A DNA stretch of 64,000 nucleotides from Macrostomum hystrix (lineage: Eukaryota; Animalia; Platyhelminthes), in contig CATNEN010000039.1 of NCBI GenBank assembly GCA_950097015.1, forward strand, positions 12,152,001 to 12,216,000. Direction: 5' to 3'. Both the position numbers and the translations under genes were made by a program. How positions within the stretch are numbered: the stretch's first letter is position 1; each line of letters opens with the position of its first letter. Of this stretch, positions 23,301 to 33,439 are shown one piece after another. Under the pieces are notes generated by a model. It had not been told where the DNA came from, searched no databases, and saw only the letters and a list, made by a program, of their open reading frames with translations.

Positions 23301-25912
23301 CATACGAGTAGTTCACTTATCTATTCTCTTAGCTTGTGTCCATTCATAGACATTTCGCGCGACCCTACTGTAACAAAAGCTGATGAGTTTCAGTAAATGA
23401 AAAGTACATCGAATAGTACATGAAAAGAATAAATCAGACTTACGGGGCGAGTTTCGTGAATAGCAATCGCGGGCAAGATTCATTTGCCTTGAATTCTTTG
23501 CCCCAAATTAGTTTTTTTATCAGATATTTTCCAACAGTCTCTCCTCTATTCGTCCTTGTTAGACATTTATCCAGTTACAGAGGAGTCTAAGTGGTTGTAC
23601 AATTATTCCTGAGTGCACTCGCGACCTATGCCAGGATGCGATGCGATTTCATAGCCTCTGTCAGTCACGCAATCGATTTTGATTTCACAAAGACTATTTA
23701 AAATTTTAAGTATGCCAACGATAATGCTAACAGTAGGCAGGTGTGCCTTCGGTGAAGGCCTTAAACAGATTGTTGCATTCCAATATTAAAACCTTTACAG
23801 TAAAACAAAAAAAATTGAACCAAAAACTGAACTCTGTCTCTCCCACCACCCTTCCTGACCGCGTCTTTATCCAACAACAACGGCGATGATGACGACGAAA
23901 ACAACAATAACAATAATCAACAACCAATTAACAAAACGCGCCCAGGACGAGGCGAATCGCAGCTTCACACTGTCAATCCCGTCGGTGCAGGCCCGTCGGC
24001 ACAGCCTCACGGCTACGGCTGTCGCCGGCGGCCTACCAATGAGCAGCAGCGGTGCCAGCGGCAGCTTCGTTACTCCACCCAGCTCGCGTGCTGGCAGTAG
24101 GCGACCCTCGGCTCAGGGCTTCCTGGCGGTGAGTTCATGTCGGCGCCGGGTTGGTTAACAATTCCTGTGTGAGTTTGCATAGCAACTGGCCGAGACTGAT
24201 TTTAAGGTCATCCAAGTTTTTACGTGTGAGCCAACTGTCATTAACTTTTTAGAATTTTTTGACGCGGAAAAACGATAAGGCTTTATTAATTATTATCATC
24301 ATAATTATACTGGCCCTCAAGAATTAACGCCCTTGAGGGCCAACCTCCAAGGCACAGTGAAATGTACACTGCCTGACGATGAGAAAGTCAGGGCAGATGT
24401 ACACACCTGTGTGAGCGTATGCCTGCGTACAGTATCTGTGTGCGTGTGTGCTCAGGAGTCAGCGAAAAGGGCAGAATTGCCTCCTCGCTGGCTGCGGGTC
24501 TGGTGTCACTAAATGATGTGCCACTGCCCGCAGCCCTCCTGCAATAAAAATTATTATATTATTATTATCATTCGACCCAAAAACCAAATAACAACCGCAA
24601 ATTTTTGTTAACCTCTGCGATTTCTTACCCTTAGAATGTTTGAGCAATGTTTAGTTCCAGTATGAACTGGTTGAGCAATAGTGTTGCGGTTAGGAGCTAA
24701 CTGAAGGTTAGCAATGGTGGGAGATCAAATCTTGATAACTCACTCCACCAAGCCGCCTTGACTGCCTCATTAGTGTCAGCGAAGGCTTGATATGCCCACT
24801 GAATGCAAATCAGGATCAAGGATAAGGAAAATAAATCAGTGTGTCAGTTTTGAGACACTGCAGTACCAACATCTGGACACTGTCTGTACGAGCGTAGTCC
24901 TTAGGATTGGAGATAATCGATAATGTGCCAAAATCCTTATTATGGCAGATTGGTGTTCTTGTTGCCAACGTGATAGTACTCGTACACTTGCATGCATGAA
25001 GCTCGCTGAAATATATTAGCTTGCACGCTAGAAAAAAAGGGGTACAACCATGGAGCTCTGAATCTAGAAACTGCAGAGACAACTCGCCGTTAGACCCCCA
25101 TTTTCCGGACCGCATCAACTGTAGAAAGATGAGACAGGGAGAGATGAGATAGGAAGATATGACAGGGAGAGATGAGACACGGGAGAGATGAGACAAGAAA
25201 GATATGACAGGGAGAGATGAGACAGAGAGATGAGACACGGGAGAGATGAGACACAGAGGGATGAGACACCGGAGAGATGAGACACAGAGGGATGAGACAC
25301 CGGAGAGATGAGACATAGAGGGATAAGACACCGGAGAGATGAGACACTGAGGTATGAGACACGGGAGAGATGAGACACGGGAAAGATAAGAAAGGGAAAG
25401 ATGAAACAGGATACTGTAGGTGTCGGAAGGGATAACGGGCCGGATTCGGGAGGCCGCATGGCCGCATCAGTCCCGCGGGCCGGAGTTGACGACCCCAGAT
25501 AACTTCTGTATCGTGCAACATATTTTCAAATTGTTTATTTCATTAAGAAGCTCCAGTTTCTAAATTCATAGATCCGAATGGTATAAAACTGTCTGTATAG
25601 TCAGTGGCAGAGGGATTAACTCGTCAGCCTCTCGCACCAAAGTCGCTGAGCTGCCTTTCAGAAGGCGTATAAATAAACTTCGACCTAAAAGGCCTCCCAC
25701 CTGCACAATGCGACTAATGTTCTGAATGGTTCTAACCGATTTCAGGAGAAGCTCGGAGCCACACCCATTCGCAGATCAAGCTTCAACGCGTTGAGTGACA
25801 CAGTGGTAAGTGGCTTAAATTACGTCTATAATTATCTGTACTTTAGATAATTTCTATGAACTATCATTTTCAGATGAACCTATTTAGCGGAGGAAGCAGC
25901 AAGTTCAACTGA
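6870..25912 (+). CDS. SCYL2: Low-complexity C-terminal tail exons of the SCYL2-like gene
   Basis: Phase-compatible exons 6870-7113 (ends phase 1), 14337-14603 (1-1), 17289-17518 (1-0), 18509-18733 (0-0), 23946-24128 (0-0), 25746-25805 (0-0), 25874-25912 (MNLFSGGSSKFN*). The join from 6529 (phase 2) needs a micro-exon or extended exon starting ~6812 (uncertain). Confidence 0.62.
8280..8388. repeat. 12-bp repeat (CAACAAAACAAA)
   Basis: Direct tandem repetition. Confidence 0.9.
8508..8850 (+). mobile_element. tRNA-derived SINE family A, near full length
   Basis: GGGGTGAGTGGCAGAGCGGTTAACGCG head (A box TGGCAGAGCGG), B box GTTCGATTCC, body shared with ~11 other copies. Confidence 0.9.
12896..12956. 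repeat. 12-bp repeat (CACCCACCACCT)
   Basis: About 5 tandem units. Confidence 0.85.
15938..16519 (-). CDS. Secreted multi-copy peptide (neuropeptide/prohormone-type) precursor, 193 aa, 13 x FA[A/T][P/Q]G[Q/H]YDW
   Basis: ATG at 16519; hydrophobic signal peptide MHLSAATTAATVALLLALVHNGEA; short acidic spacer; KR, then 13 nonapeptides separated by KKR; ends KRDFE*; intronless, 36-bp nucleotide repeat. Confidence 0.92.
   Translation of the reverse strand: MHLSAATTAATVALLLALVHNGEAKTPEHELELKRFAAPGQYDWKKRFAAPGQYDWKKRFAAQGHYDWKKRFAAQGQYDWKKRFAAQGQYDWKKRFAAPGQYDWKKRFAAPGQYDWKKRFATQGQYDWKKRFAAQGQYDWKKRFAAPGQYDWKKRFAAPGQYDWKKRFAAPGQYDWKKRFATQGQYDWKRDFE
16653..16659 (-). promoter_or_regulatory. Possible TATA-like element (TATTAAG) of the peptide precursor gene
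   Basis: ~135 nt upstream of the ATG; TGACG and CCAAT motifs lie further upstream; positional inference only. Confidence 0.3.
17980..18206 (+). mobile_element. SINE family A, degenerate and deleted copy
   Basis: GAGCGGTTAACGCGTTTGCCTCTCGC ... GGGCAGATGTACAC ... GCTCAGGAGTCAGC, ATT-rich tail. Confidence 0.8.
22114..22418 (+). mobile_element. tRNA-derived SINE family B (CORE-like central domain), copy 1
   Basis: A box TAGCCTAGTGG, B box GGTTCGATTCC, then GTCCTTTAGCAAGACACTTAACTCTGCATTGCTTCAGTTCACCCAGCTGTTAAATGGGTA resembling the CORE-SINE domain; A9 tail. Confidence 0.85.
22602..22906 (+). mobile_element. SINE family B, copy 2 (488-bp tandem duplication of copy 1 plus satellite)
   Basis: Nearly identical to 22114-22418 (AGCTCGGATA vs AGCTGGGATA) with the same flanks. 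Confidence 0.87.
24322..24571 (+). mobile_element. SINE family A, 5'-truncated copy
   Basis: Well-preserved 3' two-thirds plus ATT tail. Confidence 0.88.
25105..25498. mobile_element. Partial hAT-type MITE with internal GAGAGATGAGACACGG minisatellite
   Basis: Right end GGCCGCATCAGTCCCGCGGGCCGGAGTTGACGACCCCAG and internal repeat match the element at 32654-33439; left TIR not seen. Confidence 0.7.
25601..25652 (+). mobile_element. SINE family A head fragment
   Basis: AGTGGCAGAGGGATTAACTCGTCAGCCTCTCGCACCAAAGTCGCTGAGCT resembles the family A tRNA head. Confidence 0.55.
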
Positions 25913-28104
25913 ATTTTTTAGTTGACTGATAATTTCGGGTGTGACCTTTACACATCACGTACTGCTATAGTCTCCGACTCAAAGTATACGATTAAGCGAT
26001 GCACTAAATTACCTCACGACATTAATTCTCATACACTATTCTTAGTGAAGCAACGAAATATCTTTATTTAACTTTTACCTACAATGAATTTTCGGCATAA
26101 TAGTTAGAATTTTTCATAGTTCGACATCTGAATCATTAATGCAGATCGAATTTTTCGTTTTACGATACCCCTGTTAGTCTATCTCGCTGATGTTGTCTAA
26201 AGTACTAATTATGAGTAGTAGTAAATGACTAAATTTAGTTCGGAAATAAAAATTTACGATTAAGTAGCGACTTGGGCAAATATTCGCGAATCTGACTTTA
26301 TACATCCTTGTGTTAAAACCGAAAAAGAGTCTACAACACAGAATACAATGGCAGTGGACTGTAGACTGCAATGAGTCATCCGTTACGGGGCCAGATGTTC
26401 CGAACGCTGGCTTTTGCACTGCCTGGCAGCGGGCCAGAAGAGAGTTCAAGGAGGGGATGGAACATTGGGCAGACTGCACGCATTGCGAGATTGCCTATAA
26501 TTCGCATTTTCGCGGTTAGAAGCGAAGCAAAAGCTACCACCTCTGCATACAGCGGCGAGTATGCAGTGAACCAGTGTGGGCGCCTAAAAGTACAAGTTGG
26601 TATATAGGTCTTCGTGTGGAAGCTACAGTCGGTGTGTGTGTAAAAGGCCAGACTGGCTGACTAATTCCCAAAGCCCGAACACATGGGCTTGTGGGGATAA
26701 TGTTTTTAGGCCTGGTCCCTCTGGTCCATCCCAGTAAGATGGGCTAGCAGTTGGTCGGTGGGGTTGGTGTCGAGGCGAGGGCGTCTGCAAGCGCGGAGAA
26801 ATGCAGACCAGTTTCGCGGGTCGGGGCGTAAGCTATAAGATAAAGTAAACCTATATAGGGATAAATCAGCCTGCACTAGAGATCAATGATTGATGCCGAA
26901 ATCAATATGGGGATTCGCGGAGTCGCGGTGGATTAGCGCTAATCCGGGCGACACGAAATGAGGTTCGTCTATGATTAGTGTTGCTAAAGCACAGGCGGCG
27001 AAACCTACGACTAAAAGTACAAATCCAAGTTTAAGAATCAAACTAAAGTCAGCATCCGTTATGTTAGAATTTAAGGATTGAATAGTTTCAAGACAGGGTC
27101 GTCAGTAAGAACCAAGAGTTTAAATTCAAGGCCTTTCATTCTAGGAACCGTGGGGAAAACGGGACATTTGTTGTTGCTCTTCAATTCGCGTTGATGTTTG
27201 GTAAGTTTTAAAGCGTCGAACTTTAATGAACCAATAGTACTTTGACTGCGATTGAGAAAGTACTCGTAATACAGGAACCCATTTCTCTAAAATGAATATA
27301 ATAAATGACAAAATGTTAAATAGGCACACATACTTTCAAAAGGTAGAAAAAGTAGTTAATTCTCAGCAATCACCGCCTAAGGATGTATGCTTCATTTTTT
27401 TATTTTGTTATTTGTCCGTGACAACTTAAAGAAAAACATGCACGCGCAATAGAAGCATAAATTATAGTCATTTAATTTGTTTCTTTTCGAGACACACCAG
27501 GTCACTAAAGCGACTCTCAGAATACTATATCAGGTCTCAGAACTAAGCGGCAAAAAATTAGAAAAAATATATAAGCTGCAAAAATTGACTAACGGAGAAC
27601 ACAAACAAACAAAAGTTAAAAAAAACTAGTGCACAAAATAAACGGGGAACTAAAGCATGTGCAACTAAATTGCACTATATAATATATAGAATACTATTTG
27701 TTTGCGTTATGCTTAATAAAATAGAAGACTGACTACTCCCAAAAAGGGAGCATTGAGAGAAACAGAACGCAAGGTAGATATTGCACAGTTGCTGTCTTTG
27801 CTACCTTACTAAGCTAGGTCATTTTCATAGTCTCGCTTTAGTATTGTCTAGTCTAGTTATTGTTCAGTCTATTCCCAGACCCTATTTAGCTACATCTATA
27901 CGTTTGGCATATGTTGATTATATAAGTGTTCTAAAAGCCAATACAGCTGAGTCAGATGCGCCGGTTTCAATACACAATTTGAAAAAGGCTAGTCAAGGCC
28001 AAAAAGCAAGTAGAGTTTTTCTTTACTCAATGCAATAGCAACAGCCAGATAGCCATGCCTAGCAAAATAGAAGTTCAAATGAAAAATAAACTAAACAGTA
28101 GCAA

Positions 28105-29081
28105 GGACTGGGCCAGTCAGATCCTCTAATGGACTGGGGCAGTCAGATCCTCTAATGGACTGGGGCAGTCAGATCCTCTAATGGACTGGGGCAGTCAGAT
28201 CCTCTAATGGACTGGGGCAGTCAGATCATCTAATGGACTGGGGCAGCCAGATCCTCTAATGGACTGGGGCAGTCAGATCCTCTAATGGACTGGGGGCAGT
28301 CAGATCCTCTAATGGACTGGGGCAGTCAGATCCTCTAATGGACTGGGGCAGCCAGATCCTCTAATGGACTGGGGCAGTCAGATCCTCTAATGGACTGGGG
28401 CAGTCAGATCCTCTAATGGACTGGGGCAGCCAGATCCTCTAATGGACTGGGGCAGTCAGATCCTCTAATGGACTGGGGCAGCCAGATCCTCTAATGGACT
28501 GGGGCAGTCAGATCCTCTAATGGACTGGGGCAGCCAGATCCTCTAATGGACTGGGGCAGTCAGATCCTCTAATGGACTGGGGCAGCCAGATCATCTAATG
28601 GACTGTGGGCAGTCAGATCCTCTAATGGACTGTGGGCAGTCAGATCCTCTAATGGACTGTGGGCAGTCAGATCATCTAATGGACTGGGGCAGTCAGATCA
28701 TCTAATGGACTGGGGCAGTCAGATCCTCTAATGGACTGTGGGCAGTCAGATCCTCTAATGGACTGGGGCAGCCAGATCCTCTAATGGACTGGGGCAGTCA
28801 GATCATCTAATGGACTGGGGCAGTCAGATCCTCTAATGGACTGGGGCAGTCAGATCCTCTAATGGACTGGGGCAGTCAGATCATCTAATGGAATGAGGCA
28901 GTCGATCCTCTTATGGACTGGGGCAGTCAGATCCTCTAATGGACTGGGGCAGTCAGATCCTCTAATGGACTGGGGCAGTCAGATCCTCTAATGGACTGGG
29001 GCAGTCAGATCCTCTAATGGACTGGGGCAGTCAGATCCTCTAATGGACTGGGGCAGTCAGATCCTCTAATGGACTGGGGCA
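28105..29081. repeat. 26-bp minisatellite (GGACTGGGGCAGTCAGATCCTCTAAT)
   Basis: About 37 tandem units; each has the GACTG-GGG-CAGTC mini inverted repeat. Confidence 0.96.
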
Positions 29082-29742
29082 GAGTGACAGTGTTGAAGCT
29101 CCTGAGTCCATTCCATCAATAGAATGAGTCAAAACAAACGATTGTATTATATTCATGGACAGGCCTCATAGTCATGGCAGATTTAGTTCAAGTTATCTGA
29201 TGTAGAATGCAAAAAGTGGGTTATGAAAATATTGCATAAAAATGAACCAGCAAGTAAAATAATACAATAAGACTGACAATTTAGATATACTCGCCTGTAC
29301 CGACAATACTAATATAAAAAGCATTGCAAGAAAGTCATTTGATAAGAAACTTTAGAATAGAGCAAAGTTAACTTCTGTTTTATTTTTTTAAAACTTTATT
29401 AGACGCAAAAGAAGAAAATGTTGTAAAGAAAAAAAACAAAATATTAGCAAAAGCATCTGCGATTAAAATTACAATAAATTCACACTGTTGGGCCACAGGT
29501 ACATCTGAACAACAGTTTGGAAACGTCTTTTGTTAAAAGGATTAGATAAAAAGTATTACATTGAAACAAAGCACGGCTTTTTTGACATGTTAGATTAGAG
29601 AACAAATACTTGTTTTTTCGTATTTTATTAAGATTGCATAGGCAAAGCAAAACTGTTGTTAATTTATCGACCAGTTTTGTTACAGTTGGGACAGGGGACT
29701 AAGAGAGGATTTTTATTTGACAGATATCAGCAGTCTGCGATA

Positions 29743-31098
29743 TTAGACAGCTACTTTTATTGACGCACTGTCACCCTTGAAGGAAGCGACCGCGGTGGCG
29801 GCCGCCCCGACAATGCTAAGGCCGGCTGCGTCAGCAGCAGCAGCAGAAGCAGCACCACCATCCCCAGCAGTAGCTGCACCTGCATTAGCCGGCGTTGGCA
29901 GTTCGTAAGTGACGCCGCCCCACATTAGATGAAATCGTCGACCTCGCCATTCGACATTCGTCTGGCACTGGGCAGATAGGACATTCAGGGGCGACATGCA
30001 GGCACAGAGCAGCCAGGCGCACACATAAGCCAAACGGCTAAACGGGGCAGGACTCTCCATGCAGCTCAGCATGAGCAGGTGATCGCAAAGCAACCAGGCC
30101 AGGCAGTGGATCAGCAGGTAGGCAAAGAAATTCACACCGTTTGGCCAAAGGTAGGTGAGAGCCCACGCGCCAAGCAGGCCGGAGACCAGACAGTCTGTGA
30201 GCGGCTCCAGCACTACTACGTGTGGAATCATAGCTGTTCGCAATTTAATCCAGCGAATCAGTCGACAACGCAGATTAGCAATGGAAGTGCTGCCATCTTG
30301 CAGGGCCGGATAATGGGATATAACCACTTTATAGCCGCGCGAGCGTATGTACTGCGAAAGAAAGAAATCTTCGGCTAGGTAGCGACCAAAATAGACCAGC
30401 CCGCCGGGCAGAGGATCCAGGATTGACTTTCTGAACAGGCAGGACATACCGGTGGTACAGTTGATACCAACCAGATTAGCCACAATGTATATCTTGGCGT
30501 GGGTGCCGCCGAAATAAGCGGACTGGACTACATTGTGGAAGCCAGGCCGCTGCTCAGTGAATGGCATCTGGTGGACCAAGCCAACGTCGCGGCCCATGCA
30601 GCGGACCATGTCCATGAGGGCAAGCGGAAGCATGCGAACACCGCTGTCTGAGATCAGCACCAGGTCGTATTTGGCATTCTCAAAGCCTTGCATCATGTTG
30701 TTCACCTTGGGATTAACGCTCAGCTGTTTCGGATTTTTAAATACCCGGGCGTCAACTTGGGGATATTTCTCCATCAAGGTGTCAACCACCATGCTAACGA
30801 TGTCGTCGGAGCTTTCCAGGCAGAATAGCAGTTCGTAGCGCGGATATTGCAGAGTGAAATAGGTCTCCAAATTGGCGTACACATTCTTATCGATACCGAC
30901 TAGCGGCTTGAGGATGGACACGCCAGGCAGGGCTCGGCCGGCCTCCGGGTCCAACGGTTCCAATCGGCGGTAGAAATAGATTCGAGCCCACACGATAGAG
31001 ACTAGGTGAAACCCGGCAAGGGCGACTAGGACAACCAGGGCGCCAACAGCGAGGGACAGCTGGGCGAGATGGGTGTAGCCCAGCTGTGACTGCAGCAT
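29743..31098 (-). CDS. UGCG: Ceramide glucosyltransferase (GT21), intronless CDS
   Basis: N-terminal TM; LPGVSILKPLVGID..NLETYFTLQYPRYELLFC; NPKVNNM; ISDSG; TGMSCLFRK; YLAEDFF; RLIRW motifs typical of glucosylceramide synthase. Confidence 0.95.
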   Translation of the reverse strand: MLQSQLGYTHLAQLSLAVGALVVLVALAGFHLVSIVWARIYFYRRLEPLDPEAGRALPGVSILKPLVGIDKNVYANLETYFTLQYPRYELLFCLESSDDIVSMVVDTLMEKYPQVDARVFKNPKQLSVNPKVNNMMQGFENAKYDLVLISDSGVRMLPLALMDMVRCMGRDVGLVHQMPFTEQRPGFHNVVQSAYFGGTHAKIYIVANLVGINCTTGMSCLFRKSILDPLPGGLVYFGRYLAEDFFLSQYIRSRGYKVVISHYPALQDGSTSIANLRCRLIRWIKLRTAMIPHVVVLEPLTDCLVSGLLGAWALTYLWPNGVNFFAYLLIHCLAWLLCDHLLMLSCMESPAPFSRLAYVCAWLLCACMSPLNVLSAQCQTNVEWRGRRFHLMWGGVTYELPTPANAGAATAGDGGAASAAAADAAGLSIVGAAATAVASFKGDSASIKVAV

Positions 31099-32224
31099 GA
31101 CAATTTCTCCGAGCTTAAGTTAGTCTGAGACGGTCCGGCCTGGCCTTAGCTGACACATTCTGCAGCAGCCGTCACCGCCCGATAAGTATTTTATTTGTCT
31201 AAACTGATGAACTCTTTCAATAGAGTAGCACTGCAAGGCAGGGTTGAAAATTTGAAAATCAAATGCTTGGTGATTATTGAGACAGATAAATAAAGTAGTG
31301 TTACTTTCACGGGTCCGGGGAGCAGTGTCAGACGCAGGGAGAAACATTATTCATATTTAGCTTGGCTTAGAAGGGGAGGGTAAGGGGTGGGACGTGCCGG
31401 GGTGGGAAGACGGTTATCAAGACTTTATGCGAGGACAGACGCACACACAAAAAAAGATATTTTCTTGTCTTTTAGAAATATCCCGCACACCCACACATGG
31501 CTAGGTTTAAGCAGCCTCGCCTCTTCTGTCACGATCGGTATTCTTTATTGGGCATTTGGCTTGGCTAAGAACTGGAGCAGAATTGCTCAAATAGCAGAAT
31601 AGGATCGAGAGACGAAACGAAGCATTGGGAGAAAGAAACGAAGAGAGATAGAAAAGCCTCAAAGCATTTATATATATATCGATTTCGTCAGAGTCAGTTA
31701 TTGTCGATTGCTTCAAGGCAAGACCAATTCTAGAACTAAATATTATAGCAGATATCTAATAATAACGCAGCGAGCTTAATACTTCCCTCATGCTGCAATT
31801 CAACTTGACTGTTCCACCGAGCCGAGGGAAGGGGGCAACTGCTACGTAGCACAAAATTTGTATGCGTGAGACCGCACAGTGAAAAACATTATCGACTTAT
31901 TGAACCGAGTGGCGGCTCGCCCGAACTCAACAAGGGGAGGGCGGTTAGAGGCAGATCGCTCTGAATAAAAAAGTTTCACTTCAGTTGGCGTGCACTTGGT
32001 GCTAAGGGTGCTGCGGAAATTTTTTTACGAAAATGAATATTGAGCAGAGCGAAGTTTCATGGAAACTAACTCTCTAAACTATGCAATCGTGCGCACTTGA
32101 TATCGAACTGAACCTTGCTTGTCTAGTTTAACACACAATTCCTAAGTTCTTAGTTTAAAAAAAATCCGATCCTTAATAATTTGATAGTTAAGCCAAATAG
32201 GCTTAATAAAAGAATAACTGCAGA

Positions 32225-32550
32225 ACGGCTGTGGGCAAAGGCACATCATTTCGCGACACCAGACCCGCAGCCAGCGAGGAGGCAATTCTGCCATTTTCTC
32301 TGACTCCTGAGCACACACGCACACAGATACTGTACGCAGGCATACGCTCACACAGGTGTATACAACTGCCTTGACTTTCTCATCGTCAGACAGTGTACAC
32401 CTTGACTTTGCATAAGAGGTTGGCCCTCAAGGGCGTAAATTGCACGACTAGCTCCCAAGCCTTCTCTCGACGCCGCCAACCCCCAAACGAATGTGGCCTC
32501 GCCGCGGAATCGAGTTCAGGGACCTTTGTGCGAGAGGTAAACGCGTTAGA
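32225..32550 (-). mobile_element. SINE family A
   Basis: Reverse complement of the family A consensus (GCCGCGGAATCGAG, CTGACTCCTGAGCACAC). Confidence 0.85.
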
Positions 32551-32653
32551 TCGTTTGAATGAATAGAGCATTATATATATCTGTGAATAAGAGTTCGAGA
32601 GTTCAAATCTCTAAATATTGATGTCCTTAGGCGAGCTACTCCATGCCCTAGTG

Positions 32654-33439
32654 CAGGGGTCGTCAAACTTACTAGCTAGCGGGCCAAAAAGAGAACCTAA
32701 AAGACGACAGCGGGCCGCGCAGACTGTAGAAATCTAAGAGAAATATATCAGAGATAGGGGAGAGATTAGAAACAGGAGAGATGAGAGAGAGAAGAGATGA
32801 GACACGAGAGAGATGAGACAAAGGAGAGATAAGGTACGGGAGAGACGAGACGATGGCGAGATAAGACACTGGATAGATGAGACACGGGAGAGATGAGACA
32901 CGGGAGAGATGAGACACGGGAGAGATAAGACACAGGAGAGGTGAGACAAAGGAGAGACAAGACACGGGAGAGACGAGACAATGGAGAGATAAGACACGGG
33001 AGAGACGAGACAATGGAGATAAGACACGGGAGAGACGAGACAAAGGAGAGATAAGACACGGAAGAGATGAGACAATGGAGAGATAAGACACGGAAGAGAT
33101 GAGACACGGGAGAGACGAGACAATGGAGAGATAAGACACGGGAGAGACGAGACATAGGAGAGATGACATACGGGAGAGATGGAGACACGGGAGAGATAAG
33201 ACACAGGAGAGGTGAGACAAAGGAGAGACAAGGCACGGAACAGATGAGACAATGGAGAGATAAGACACGGGAGAGGTGACATACGGGAGAGATGAGACAG
33301 GGGGAAAGGCGACACACGGGAGAGATGAGGCAGGGGAAAGATGAAACTATATACAACAGCTGTCAGAAGGGGCAACGGGCTGGATTTGGGAGCTTTGAGG
33401 GCCGCATCTGGCCCGCGGGCCAGAGTTTGCCGACCCCTG
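32654..33439. mobile_element. Non-autonomous hAT (Charlie-like) MITE with internal 18-20-bp minisatellite
   Basis: TIRs CAGGGGTCGTCAAACT / AGTTTGCCGACCCCTG; perfect 8-bp TSD CCCTAGTG at 32646-32653 and 33440-33447; GGCCCGCGGGCC subterminal motif. Confidence 0.9.

Noticed and set aside
24816-25521. Cys/Ser/Leu-rich ORFs here and at 32672-33375
   Set aside because: Translations of the MITE-internal minisatellite
26174-27010. GC-richer block with short ORFs and a CTGCATAC/GTATGCAG hairpin, possible LTR or Helitron piece
   Set aside because: No second copy, termini, TSD or recognisable domain in the window
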